Of a DNA stretch of 64,000 nt, positions 29,933-39,695 are shown piece after piece. Numbering within the stretch: position 1 is the stretch's first letter; each line of letters begins with the position of its first letter. The DNA is from a bacterium (GTDB lineage: Bacteria; Patescibacteriota; Dojkabacteria; SC72): contig JAIOSB010000027.1 of NCBI GenBank assembly GCA_021107795.1, forward strand, positions 290 through 64,289. The letters run 5' to 3'. A program made the position numbers and the translations under genes. The notes under the pieces were generated by a model, which saw only the letters and a program-made list of their open reading frames with translations, was not told the DNA's origin and searched no databases.

Positions 29933-31180
29933 TTACTCTTTCTTCTTTACTACTTTCTTCTTTTTCACTTCTTTTTTCTTCTTCACTACTTCTTCTTTTA
30001 CATCTTCTTCTTTCTTAACTTCTTCTAAGACTTCTTCTTTCTCTACTACTTCCTCTTTTACCTTTTCTTCTTTCTTAGCTTCTTCTGATGTTTCATCTTT
30101 CTTGACTTCTTCATCAGCCTCTTCAACCACTTCTTCTCCTTCAGGACTCTCTATATCAATTTTCATCTCAGTTAGCTTCCAAGCTAGTCTTACATTCTGT
30201 CCTTCTTTACCAATTGCTAATGACAACTGATCTGCATCTACTATGACTGTTGCAGTTTCATCATCAATACTTACATCATTAACCTTGGCTGGACTCAATG
30301 CATTTGCAACGAACCTTTCTATATTCTCATCCCACTCGATTATATCAATTTTCTCTTCACCAACCTCGTTCATAATGTTTGCAATACGAATACCTCTTTG
30401 ACCTACACATGAACCAATTGGATCAACACCCTCTTGGTGAGAAACAACTGCTATCTTACTTCTAGTACCTGCTTCTCTTGCAACAGCTTTAATTTCTACA
30501 ATACCGGATTCAATTTCTGGGACTTCAAGTTTAAAAAGTTCTACTAAGAAATCTGGGTCAGCTCTAGATACTAAAACTTCTCCATCTTCGATACTCTTGA
30601 GAAGCACTTTATATCTCTCTCCTATTTTGTAATATTCATTACTAAGTTGCTCTTCTTGTGGCATCATTGCAGTAGCTTTACCTATTTCAAAGATTACTTG
30701 ACCTCTTTGCATCCTTTGCATTAGTGCAGTAAATACCTCTCCAACCTTATCACTATATTCGGCCAATACTGCATCTTTTTCAAATTCACTCATTTTCTGG
30801 AGAATAACTTGCTTTGCAGCTTGTGCAGCAATTCTACCCAATTCCTCAGAAGGAAGTTCAATTTGAACAGTATCACCTACTTCTACATTAGGAGAAATTA
30901 GCTCAGCTTCAACAAGAGCTATCTCTATCTCTTCATCTTCTACACCCTCCACAACAGCCTTGTTAGCAAAGAGTTTAAATTCTCCAACCTCTCTATCTAC
31001 CTCCACTGAGAGATGCTCTGCTACAGTATTTCCCTCATCATCTCTGGTTAAACCATATTTATCCTTTTTGTAAGCTGCTAAGATTGCAATCTCTAGTGCT
31101 TCAAAGATTTTTTCTTTGTCTAATCCTCTTTCTGCCGCTATCTGGCTTATTGCGGATATAAAGTCGGTAGTCATTGCCAT
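29933..31180 (-). CDS. nusA: Transcription termination/antitermination factor NusA
   Basis: GRIAAQAAKQVI, AREAGTRSKIAV, GSCVGQRG, LSLAIGKEGQNVRLA. Confidence 0.97.
   Translation of the reverse strand: MAMTTDFISAISQIAAERGLDKEKIFEALEIAILAAYKKDKYGLTRDDEGNTVAEHLSVEVDREVGEFKLFANKAVVEGVEDEEIEIALVEAELISPNVEVGDTVQIELPSEELGRIAAQAAKQVILQKMSEFEKDAVLAEYSDKVGEVFTALMQRMQRGQVIFEIGKATAMMPQEEQLSNEYYKIGERYKVLLKSIEDGEVLVSRADPDFLVELFKLEVPEIESGIVEIKAVAREAGTRSKIAVVSHQEGVDPIGSCVGQRGIRIANIMNEVGEEKIDIIEWDENIERFVANALSPAKVNDVSIDDETATVIVDADQLSLAIGKEGQNVRLAWKLTEMKIDIESPEGEEVVEEADEEVKKDETSEEAKKEEKVKEEVVEKEEVLEEVKKEEDVKEEVVKKKKEVKKKKVVKKKE
29936..30140 (-). repeat. Low-complexity E/K/V tail of NusA
   Basis: EEVKK / EEVVEK / KKVVKKK repeats; TCT/CTT-rich on the plus strand. 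Confidence 0.7.
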
Positions 31181-31223
31181 ATCTATTTATCATCAAAATT
31201 TAGAATTCTAAGAAAAGTTTTAT

Positions 31224-31306
31224 AAAAAAAAGGTGAGACTTTCATTCCTCACCTCTTTCCTCATAACTTTCAAGGAAAGTATAGCAGAATACGATATTCA
31301 AATCAA
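31224..31306 (-). promoter_or_regulatory. nusA promoter plus leader terminator (attenuator-like; may also end dnaJ)
   Basis: TTGATT (31306-31301), 17 bp, TATACT (31283-31278) with TGn. Downstream hairpin AGGTGAG/CTCACCT (31254-31231) followed by a T-run, upstream of the nusA ATG. Confidence 0.7.
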
Positions 31307-32385
31307 ATAGCACCAAGCTCTTCCCACAGCTTCTTTTCGCTCCTAGACAACTTTTTAGGTATTTCCAGCTCAATTCTTACATATAGGTCTCCCTTCATAC
31401 CATCTTTGCCTAGTATCGGAACACCCTTTTCACGAATTCTAAATATTGATCCACTCTCCGTACCCTTAGGGATCTTAAGCGTCACTTTCCCATATGGTGT
31501 ATTAACCTTAATATTCCCTCCGAGCACTGCTACATGAATTTTAATACCCTCCTTCGTATATATATCACTACCCCTTCTCTCAAACTCTCTTGACGGCTCT
31601 ACTTCGATTTCAATATACAAATCCCCAGAAGGAGTACCCTTAGGACCTGCATTCCCCCCACCTCTGAATCTAAGCACCATACCATCATATGCACCTGCCG
31701 GTATCTTAATCTTCTCATTCTCGCGATTAATCTTAACACCTGTACCACCACACTTTGAACAATTCTCTTCTGGGACTTCACCACTTCCCTCACAGTCATT
31801 ACAAATACCATTAACTGCAATTGATCCTAATATTGTTCTCTGTACTTTCTGAATCCTCCCACTACCACCACAAGTCTTACATACTTTCATCTTCTTTGTC
31901 TTACTGCCTGTACCACCACAATATGAACAGGAGATATCTCTCTCAATATTTACTCCAAATGCACCTCCCCTGATTGATTCATCAAAATTAAGCTTTATCC
32001 TATATTTAATATCTGAACCTCTAACCCTAGTTTGCTGTTGACTACCACCAAAATCAAACCCTCCACCACCTCCGAAGAAAGTATTGAAGATATCTCCCAT
32101 ATCAAACGGTGTACCTTGGGCGTATCCATTAAAACCACCATATCCACTACTACCACCAAAACCAGCAGTTCCTGCATGACCATATTGATCATATGCCTTC
32201 CTTTTTGATTCATTAGAAAGAATCTCATACGATTCCTGCACCTCCTTAAACTTGTCTTCAGCACCATCCTCCTTGTTGACATCAGGATGATACTTCTTAA
32301 CAAGCTTTCTGTAAGCTTTCTTAATTTCATCTTGTGTAGACCCCTTATCCACTCCAAGTGTTTTGTAATAATCTTGTTTTTCCAT
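31303..32385 (-). CDS. dnaJ: Chaperone DnaJ
   Basis: J-domain with HPD, G/F-rich linker, four CxxCxGxG repeats. Confidence 0.96.
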   Translation of the reverse strand: MEKQDYYKTLGVDKGSTQDEIKKAYRKLVKKYHPDVNKEDGAEDKFKEVQESYEILSNESKRKAYDQYGHAGTAGFGGSSGYGGFNGYAQGTPFDMGDIFNTFFGGGGGFDFGGSQQQTRVRGSDIKYRIKLNFDESIRGGAFGVNIERDISCSYCGGTGSKTKKMKVCKTCGGSGRIQKVQRTILGSIAVNGICNDCEGSGEVPEENCSKCGGTGVKINRENEKIKIPAGAYDGMVLRFRGGGNAGPKGTPSGDLYIEIEVEPSREFERRGSDIYTKEGIKIHVAVLGGNIKVNTPYGKVTLKIPKGTESGSIFRIREKGVPILGKDGMKGDLYVRIELEIPKKLSRSEKKLWEELGAI

Positions 32386-32445
32386 ACGAAAACCATTTTA
32401 GCAGATAGGAGAGGTAGTTGCCAAGCCCGTGTGTTAGAATAGGTT

Positions 32446-33240
32446 ATGCAAAGCGAGTGGAATATTCCAGAAGAACAGCCCAAGAAGGTCAGGAGAGCAA
32501 AGATTATCATATCAGTAGGACTTTCAATCCTTGGAGTAATAATAATACTTTCCCAAGCAATACCTCTCACTAAATCATATCTAGATGGTGTCATTGAACA
32601 AACTCGAGTAAAACTTATGAAAAACCCAGTACCTGATTCATACAAAGCATATATTGAAGAGGAATTTGCCTACTACGATCCAAGTAAGAGTTACTTCGCA
32701 AATTTAGAGGATAGGATAGAGGGGCTAACGTTTGAAGGTATATATACATACGATCCAAATACAAATACACAAAAGGAGATCATTATTGATGATGAATACT
32801 CAAAAGATATGTACATATTGATTGAGAGCGTAGGAATTGAAGATATCATAATCACATCAAATGTAGAAAGTACCGAAGAAAAGGTATATGACCAATATCT
32901 TAAAAGAGGTGTAGCACATTTCAAAGGAACACCCTTACCAGGGGACGGGGGAAATTCATTCATATATGGGCATAGCTCAGTAGAAAGCTTCTTCACTAGA
33001 CATCAGAATTTAGCAGAAACAATATTTACTAGACTTGAGGATGTTGATATTGGAAATGATGTATATATCAAAAGAGATGACAACCTTCTACACTACATCG
33101 TAAGGAAAAAGAAAATTGTCGAATCAGACGATTTCTCCATACTGAGCAATCAAGGAGACAAAGAGACAGTAACACTAATGACCTGTTGGCCTCTTGGAAT
33201 TGGAACAAAACGACTAGTAGTAGTGGCAGAAAGATATTAG
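32446..33240 (+). CDS. Sortase (class D/E-like)
   Basis: N-terminal TM; GVAHF..PG..GNSFIYGH; TLMTCWP..KRLVVVA (His-Cys-Arg triad). Confidence 0.92.
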   Translation: MQSEWNIPEEQPKKVRRAKIIISVGLSILGVIIILSQAIPLTKSYLDGVIEQTRVKLMKNPVPDSYKAYIEEEFAYYDPSKSYFANLEDRIEGLTFEGIYTYDPNTNTQKEIIIDDEYSKDMYILIESVGIEDIIITSNVESTEEKVYDQYLKRGVAHFKGTPLPGDGGNSFIYGHSSVESFFTRHQNLAETIFTRLEDVDIGNDVYIKRDDNLLHYIVRKKKIVESDDFSILSNQGDKETVTLMTCWPLGIGTKRLVVVAERY

Positions 33241-33259
33241 TTTGTGTACAATAGTAGCT

Positions 33260-34588
33260 ATGAGCCAGAAACAAAAAAGGATAATCACGATACTAGGGAT
33301 TGTTATGGTGTTTTTGATCCTCTCTTTAATCATAGTAGTCATCATGGACAACCAAGAGGATGATCTTACAGATCCTAATGACGTACAGATAAGTACAGAG
33401 CTCACATATTGGGGGCTTTGGGAACCAGAAAGTGTCATACAACCAATAATTGAACAATATGAAGCATTACATCCAGATGTAAAGATTGAATACTCTCAAC
33501 AATCTTTTACAAACTATGAAAGCAGACTTTACACAAGACTTCAACAGGCCTCTACTTCTGCTGAACCTGCACCAGATATTGTCCGGATTAATAATAGTTG
33601 GACACCTAAATATTACAAATATCTCTCACCCTTACCCACCTCTACCATGGATAGTACAACATACTCTGAGAAATTCTACCCTACAGCAATATCAGACTTC
33701 ACCGCAAAAGACGGAAATATTTACGCAATGCCTTGGGAAATAGATGGTTTGGCAATATTCTACAACAAGCAACTTCTCTCTCAAGCAGGTGTTGAAGAGC
33801 CACCAACAGATTGGGACTCTTTTATAGAACTTGCAAAGGAACTTACAACTAAAAATAGTACAGGACAAATATCACAATCCGGACTTGCAATTGGTACATC
33901 CAGAAATATCACTCATTCTGCAGATATTCTTTCTTACCTAATGCTACTCAACGGAGCAGATATCATAGACGAGACATATACCTCTACCAACCTTGTTAGT
34001 AACAATGTAGTTACCGCAACATATATCTATACTAATTTCGCACTCGACAAAGACCCCCTATGGAGTTCTGATTTAAGAAATGATTTGGAAATGTTTTACG
34101 CTGGCAACCTCGCAATGATGTTTGCTCCAAGTTGGAGAGCATTCGATATCATCCAATCAGCACCAAGTATTGAATTCGGGATTGCACCACTACCTCAGCT
34201 TGAGAATAATAATCAGATTTACTACTCCATGTACTGGGGAGAAGCTGTCACCAAGACTTGTTCCAACCCAACAGTTGCATGGGACTTCATAAGTTTCTTA
34301 GTTGATCATCAACAAGACATCTTCTCAGCTTCATCACAAGTTAGAGCTTTTGGAAAACCTTACTCACTGACAACTTTAAATAGCTCTCTTGACAGTAATC
34401 CATATTTGAAAGCATACACAATAATGGCTCCACATATGGAATCTTGGGGGATGGGTGATCAAATGTTTGTAGAGAAGACCTTAAACAACGCTATCACAGA
34501 AATTGTAGAAGATGGTTCAGACATTCAGAATGCCTTGGGAAATGCGCAGGTCGATATTAACGATCAACTTGCACAAACTAATGAGTAA
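33260..34588 (+). CDS. Extracellular solute-binding protein (sugar SBP family), TM-anchored
   Basis: LTYWGLWE, PDIVRI, GNIYAMPWEIDGLAIFYNK, PPTDWD, FYAGNLAMMF. ATG 33260 preferred. Confidence 0.88.
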   Translation: MSQKQKRIITILGIVMVFLILSLIIVVIMDNQEDDLTDPNDVQISTELTYWGLWEPESVIQPIIEQYEALHPDVKIEYSQQSFTNYESRLYTRLQQASTSAEPAPDIVRINNSWTPKYYKYLSPLPTSTMDSTTYSEKFYPTAISDFTAKDGNIYAMPWEIDGLAIFYNKQLLSQAGVEEPPTDWDSFIELAKELTTKNSTGQISQSGLAIGTSRNITHSADILSYLMLLNGADIIDETYTSTNLVSNNVVTATYIYTNFALDKDPLWSSDLRNDLEMFYAGNLAMMFAPSWRAFDIIQSAPSIEFGIAPLPQLENNNQIYYSMYWGEAVTKTCSNPTVAWDFISFLVDHQQDIFSASSQVRAFGKPYSLTTLNSSLDSNPYLKAYTIMAPHMESWGMGDQMFVEKTLNNAITEIVEDGSDIQNALGNAQVDINDQLAQTNE

Positions 34589-34603
34589 CATTAATATATA
34601 CAT

Positions 34604-36466
34604 ATGAATAAAAACTACTCCCCACAATCTGCCAAAAGAAATTTCCTCATGCTTTCATTCTTCTTGGTACTTTGCCTTCCCCTAATTGTATGGCAAGTCG
34701 TTAATGAAAACTTCGATATTCGAAACATGGCCTTCGAACAAATAGAGGTAAGTAAAGAGAACCCTTGCGTCATATCCTTTCCAAATGTAAACCCATATAC
34801 CATAGAAGTAAATAAAACGGTGCGAATGCAAGTAGAAGGAATTGCACAAGGAAGTGGGATAACCTCCATCCTCATTACAGACTCTACCGGAGAAGAAATC
34901 TTTTCTAAAACATATGAAAACGAAAGTAGTGAAATAGCGGAAACTTTCGAATTTACACCAACCACTTCCAAATCATACGAGATAATAGGGACACTCTCAG
35001 AAGGAAGCTACACCAGTGCATGTGTGATAAGTAGCCCATACGATGTAAAAGGAGTTCGTGTAGTAGCAAGTAACAGTGCACCCGAATTCACATCTACCCC
35101 CATAGACTCTACTCCATCACAAGATATCGATACAGATATAGCCTACGAATATACCCTAACCGCAACAGACCCTGAAGGAGACATGATTAATTACGTATTC
35201 TCATTCACTCCAAACGAAGATTGGATGAAGTACACAGTAATAAATGATGGAAGTAATGGAAACCTCAAAATACAATTTAAAGGAAGCACATCTCAACCTG
35301 CAAGCTACCTAGCAAACGTGTTCATACACGACGGATACAGTAAACACCTCAGATCACAATCATGGATAGTAAGCGTAAACCCTGCAGAAAATGATGTCCC
35401 ACGAGTAACAATACTCTCACCATGGGAGGCCCTCTCAGTGACACAAGGGAAAAACCTTACTGTAAAATGGGCAGCATCAGACCAAAACGCCATTACACAC
35501 TACGAACTTTACTTAGCACAAAGTCTCCAAGACGAAACTAAATGGCAGAGCATAGACAAAGATATTGCGTACAATATTGAGGAATACACCCTTAACACAG
35601 AAAATATCTCAGGAGGTATTTACCAAGCGATAATAAAAGCACCAGACAATCAAGACCCAGTACTTATAGGACAAGGAATCTCACCACCAATAACCATCAT
35701 AGGTAAAGAGATTGATACCCCAGATGACAGTGTAACACTACCAGAACCACAAATCATAAATATCTCACCAACAAGTGAAGATAGCATTACTAATGCTCTA
35801 GTTACAATCAGAGCATCATTACTCTCAAGCCAAGATTCTCAAATTGATGAAGACAGCATTCTATTCAAGATCGACAATAAGGACCTAACCTCCAATATTA
35901 AATTCAACAAGATCTCAGATTCTGAATACACACTAATATTCCAAACAGAGGAAGAATTCGATATAGGACTACATAAAGTAGAAATTTCCTTCACTGACAG
36001 CGAAGACCTACAATCCAGTAAAAGTTGGACATTCACAATCGAAGGGAAACAAACTGATCCAGACAAATTCTACTTCTTTGACTACGGTATAACAAAATCA
36101 ATAGTATATGTTGTAGGAGGAGGACTACTACTAATCATTCTCGCACTAGCAATTCCATTAATCCTCGTACAAGTATGGAAAGACGATGAGGAAACATCTG
36201 GAACAGATGATACGCTTACACCACCTACACATACCAATACTGTTGAGAATATTGTTAATAAAAACCAAACAATTGATACAGAACAAAAATTTTCAAAATT
36301 ACAACCCCTCACACAGCCAGAAAAGGATACTCCTCCACCAACAACCTTACAACCACAACCAAAGACAGAAAATACAGAAGAAGACCTTGAAATTCTTTAC
36401 CAAAAAATAAAAGATGAAAAAAACATCAGTACCGACAACGATACGCCTCCAGAACCAATCCTCTAG
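34604..36466 (+). CDS. Membrane protein with cadherin/Ig-like domains and Pro/Thr-rich tail
   Basis: NSAPEFTSTP..YEYTLTATDPEGD; N- and C-terminal TM helices. Confidence 0.8.
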   Translation: MNKNYSPQSAKRNFLMLSFFLVLCLPLIVWQVVNENFDIRNMAFEQIEVSKENPCVISFPNVNPYTIEVNKTVRMQVEGIAQGSGITSILITDSTGEEIFSKTYENESSEIAETFEFTPTTSKSYEIIGTLSEGSYTSACVISSPYDVKGVRVVASNSAPEFTSTPIDSTPSQDIDTDIAYEYTLTATDPEGDMINYVFSFTPNEDWMKYTVINDGSNGNLKIQFKGSTSQPASYLANVFIHDGYSKHLRSQSWIVSVNPAENDVPRVTILSPWEALSVTQGKNLTVKWAASDQNAITHYELYLAQSLQDETKWQSIDKDIAYNIEEYTLNTENISGGIYQAIIKAPDNQDPVLIGQGISPPITIIGKEIDTPDDSVTLPEPQIINISPTSEDSITNALVTIRASLLSSQDSQIDEDSILFKIDNKDLTSNIKFNKISDSEYTLIFQTEEEFDIGLHKVEISFTDSEDLQSSKSWTFTIEGKQTDPDKFYFFDYGITKSIVYVVGGGLLLIILALAIPLILVQVWKDDEETSGTDDTLTPPTHTNTVENIVNKNQTIDTEQKFSKLQPLTQPEKDTPPPTTLQPQPKTENTEEDLEILYQKIKDEKNISTDNDTPPEPIL

Positions 36467-36487
36467 ATTTCTGATATAATCTCCCAT

Positions 36488-38236
36488 ATGGAAAACCTTA
36501 CATACACAGAAATTAGAGCCCGATACATACAATTTTTTACAGACAATGACCATACAGAAATTCCAAGCTCATCCTTAATCCCAAAAAATAACCCCTCTGT
36601 ACTTTTTGTAAACGCAGGCATGCTCCCCCTTGTACCATTCTTAAAAGGAGAAAAACACCCCAAAGGCCCAAGACTAGTAAATTCACAAAGATGCCTTAGA
36701 ACAGGTGACATAGACGAAGTCGGAGGCAACTTCCACTGCACCACCTTTGAAATGTTAGGTAATTGGTCTCTAAATGATTACTTTAAGAAAGAAGCTCTGA
36801 ATCTAACTGTAAAATTCTTCGTAGAAGATCTCGGCTTAGATATTAATAGGATATATGCAACCGTTTTCACAGGAATGAAAGATATCCCACAAGACGACGA
36901 CTCTATTCAAATCTGGAAAGAGATATTTAAATCATACAATATTGACGCAAAAGTTGGAAAAGGAGAAAGAATAGAACCACTAGGACAAGACGATAACTGG
37001 TGGGAATTACCAACTGGAGGACCATGCGGACCAGACAGTGAAATATTTTACAAACTAGACAACGGAGAACTAGTAGAAATTGGAAACAATGTATTCATGG
37101 AATACCTTCTTGACAACAATAAATATAAACCACTAGGGATACACAATGTGGACTTTGGTGGTGGATTAGACAGATTATCGGCAATACTACAAAAAACAGA
37201 CTCTGTCTTTGAAATAGACATATATAAACCAATACTTGAAAAAGTCAAAGAACTCTCAAACAAAGATGTTTTAGAATCCCAAAGAGTCATAGTTGACCAT
37301 ATTAAAGCAGCTACATGGATTGTAATGGACGGAATAACACCTAGCAAATCCCAACAAGGATATATACTTAGAAGACTCATCAGAAGAGCAATAAGACATG
37401 GAAAGAAATTAAATATAGAAGGGCTCTTTACTAAAAAAGTCGCCGACATATCGATAGAACAATTCAAAGAAATATGGCCTCAACTAGAAGAGAAAAAGGA
37501 ATATATCCTCAATACAATTGAAGATGAAGAAAAGAAATTTAATCGTACAATTAAAAATGGCCTGCAAATACTTGAAAAAATACTCCAACATAAAACTCAA
37601 ATTACTGGGGAAGATGCCTTCACCCTCTACGAAACATACGGATTTCCAATAGAGATTACACAAGAGATATTAAAAGAGAGAGGACTTAAATTAGTAAATC
37701 CTAAAGATTTTGAAAAAGCAAAACTTGCACACCAAGAACAATCCCGATCCTCATCCACAGGGATATTTAAAAGTGGACTCTCAGACTCCTCAGAAATGTC
37801 TACTAAATACCACACGGCTACTCATCTACTCCTAAGTGCTCTACAACAAGTCCTAGGAAATCAAGTGTGCCAAAAAGGAAGCAATATTACACCAGAAAGA
37901 TTACGATTCGATTACCCTAATGACAACAAGCTAACTCCAGAACAGATACTAGAGGTAGAGAATATTGTAAATAATGCAATAAACAAAGGACTAACAATAT
38001 CCTTCGAAGAAGTATCCAAGGAAAAAGCTCTAAAACTTGTACCCTCTGCAGCCTTCAGTGAAAAATATGGAGACACAGTAAAACTCTACTACATAGGACC
38101 AAAGGAAAACCCCTTCTCAATTGAAATATGTAATGGCCCACACGTTGACAACACAAAAGAACTTGGGAAATTCAAAATAAGCAAACAAGAAAATGTTGGA
38201 GCAGGTATAAAAAGAATTAAAGCAATACTACAATAA
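36488..38236 (+). CDS. alaS: Alanine--tRNA ligase (short form lacking C-Ala)
   Basis: LFVNAGM, HCTTFEMLGNWS, GPCGPDSEI, GYILRRLIRR, HTATHLL, EICNGPHV. Confidence 0.96.
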   Translation: MENLTYTEIRARYIQFFTDNDHTEIPSSSLIPKNNPSVLFVNAGMLPLVPFLKGEKHPKGPRLVNSQRCLRTGDIDEVGGNFHCTTFEMLGNWSLNDYFKKEALNLTVKFFVEDLGLDINRIYATVFTGMKDIPQDDDSIQIWKEIFKSYNIDAKVGKGERIEPLGQDDNWWELPTGGPCGPDSEIFYKLDNGELVEIGNNVFMEYLLDNNKYKPLGIHNVDFGGGLDRLSAILQKTDSVFEIDIYKPILEKVKELSNKDVLESQRVIVDHIKAATWIVMDGITPSKSQQGYILRRLIRRAIRHGKKLNIEGLFTKKVADISIEQFKEIWPQLEEKKEYILNTIEDEEKKFNRTIKNGLQILEKILQHKTQITGEDAFTLYETYGFPIEITQEILKERGLKLVNPKDFEKAKLAHQEQSRSSSTGIFKSGLSDSSEMSTKYHTATHLLLSALQQVLGNQVCQKGSNITPERLRFDYPNDNKLTPEQILEVENIVNNAINKGLTISFEEVSKEKALKLVPSAAFSEKYGDTVKLYYIGPKENPFSIEICNGPHVDNTKELGKFKISKQENVGAGIKRIKAILQ

Positions 38237-38240
38237 ACAG

Positions 38241-38681
38241 ATGACTCAATATCCAATACTAGCCATAGACTACGGCACAAAACACATAGGACTAGCAATA
38301 TCAGACTTCAAAGGAATAATTGCTACACCACTAGAAGTATTACATATCACACAAAAAAACGGATACGAAAAAATAGTAGAAAAAATCTCCGACATATGCG
38401 AGAACAATAAGGTACAAACAATACTCTTAGGGAAACCTCAGATTTTTCACATTTCACACCAAAAAACAATAAAGAAAATAAATCAATTTGAACAAATCTT
38501 AAAAGACGGTATCAAATTACCAATCCTTTTCCATGATGAAAGCTACTCTACAATTACCGCCCAAGATATGCTACTATGCACAAGCCAATCAACCAAGAAA
38601 AGCAGAAAGAAAATCGACAGTGTAGCTGCCGCTGTATTCTTACAAGAATTCTTAAATTCAAAATCACAAGACAATGTTTAA
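38241..38681 (+). CDS. ruvX: YqgF/RuvX nuclease (pre-16S maturation / resolvase-like)
   Basis: ILAIDYGTKHIGLAISD, DESYST, IDSVAAAVFLQ; downstream of alaS. Confidence 0.93.
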   Translation: MTQYPILAIDYGTKHIGLAISDFKGIIATPLEVLHITQKNGYEKIVEKISDICENNKVQTILLGKPQIFHISHQKTIKKINQFEQILKDGIKLPILFHDESYSTITAQDMLLCTSQSTKKSRKKIDSVAAAVFLQEFLNSKSQDNV

Positions 38682-39684
38682 AAGCTTAAAATCCCTCATA
38701 AAGATATTCACACTCGCATTAATAACAGTAATCATTGGAGGAATATTCATCAAACTTAAATACAACAAGATAATTGAAACTCCAAATAGTGACTCTAGTG
38801 AAAAGATAACAATAACAATAAATGAAGGTCAAGCTGTAGACCTCATTATCGATGAACTCATTGATGCTGGAGTTATAAAAGAAAGCTGGAGAACATACCT
38901 TAAAACATACCTCAAACTAAATGACCTTTCATCAAAAATTCAAGCAGGTACGTACAACCTACCACTCAATCTTAATATAATAGAACTCATAGAATCACTC
39001 CAACATGCAGACAGCCAAGACATATGGATCACCATCCCGGAAGGTCTACGAAAAGATGAAATTGCAGATACTCTCGCAGAAGAATTTCTACCATATAGTA
39101 CTATCGATTTCTCCTCAACAGAATTCCTCTCACTAACAACAGACTCTGAATACATTTCTCAATTTGAATTTAACGACGAGGTGAATAATCTTGAAGGATA
39201 CATATTCCCAGATAAATACGCATTCTCAGTAGATAGTACTACACAATCCATACTAACTAAAATGATAACTACCTTTGTAACTAAAGTTGGCACTAATGAT
39301 ACATATGAAGACATCATCATTGCCTCAATGGTAGAACGAGAAGGATACAACAGCACAGATAGAGCAATCATTGCAGATATCATTAAAAGGCGATACAGTG
39401 AAGGATGGCTACTACAAATAGATGCAACACTACTCTACCCTGTCAAGGACTGGAAACATGTAATTACACAAACAGACAAGAACTCTGAAAACCCATATAA
39501 TACATATAAGTACCCTGGACTCGTACCAACACCAATATGCAACCCAGGACTAGAAGCTATTAATGCAACAAGAAATCCAAAGCCAAATAATTACTACTAC
39601 TACATACATGAAGATAATGGGACACCACACTACTCAACAACCCTAAATGAACACAATGCAAATGTAAATCAATATTTAAGATAA
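38674..39684 (+). CDS. mltG: Endolytic transglycosylase MltG
   Basis: ITIPEGLR, LEGYIFPDKY, IIASMVERE, LQIDAT, PYNTY..GL.PTPICNPG. Confidence 0.95.
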   Translation: MFKSLKSLIKIFTLALITVIIGGIFIKLKYNKIIETPNSDSSEKITITINEGQAVDLIIDELIDAGVIKESWRTYLKTYLKLNDLSSKIQAGTYNLPLNLNIIELIESLQHADSQDIWITIPEGLRKDEIADTLAEEFLPYSTIDFSSTEFLSLTTDSEYISQFEFNDEVNNLEGYIFPDKYAFSVDSTTQSILTKMITTFVTKVGTNDTYEDIIIASMVEREGYNSTDRAIIADIIKRRYSEGWLLQIDATLLYPVKDWKHVITQTDKNSENPYNTYKYPGLVPTPICNPGLEAINATRNPKPNNYYYYIHEDNGTPHYSTTLNEHNANVNQYLR

Positions 39685-39695
39685 AGTCTGCCACC

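Noticed and set aside
29823-30230. F/S/T-rich plus-strand ORF or possible repeat array
   Set aside because: Reverse complement of the NusA E/K-rich tail; not a CRISPR array or a gene.
31995-32645. 216-aa minus-strand ORF spanning dnaJ and sortase
   Set aside because: Out-of-frame overlap with two well-supported genes; no recognisable motifs.
28294-38236. Short IF2 and AlaRS lacking C-Ala as pseudogenes or novelties
   Set aside because: Both are intact ORFs with all core motifs. Such truncated forms are expected in reduced genomes.
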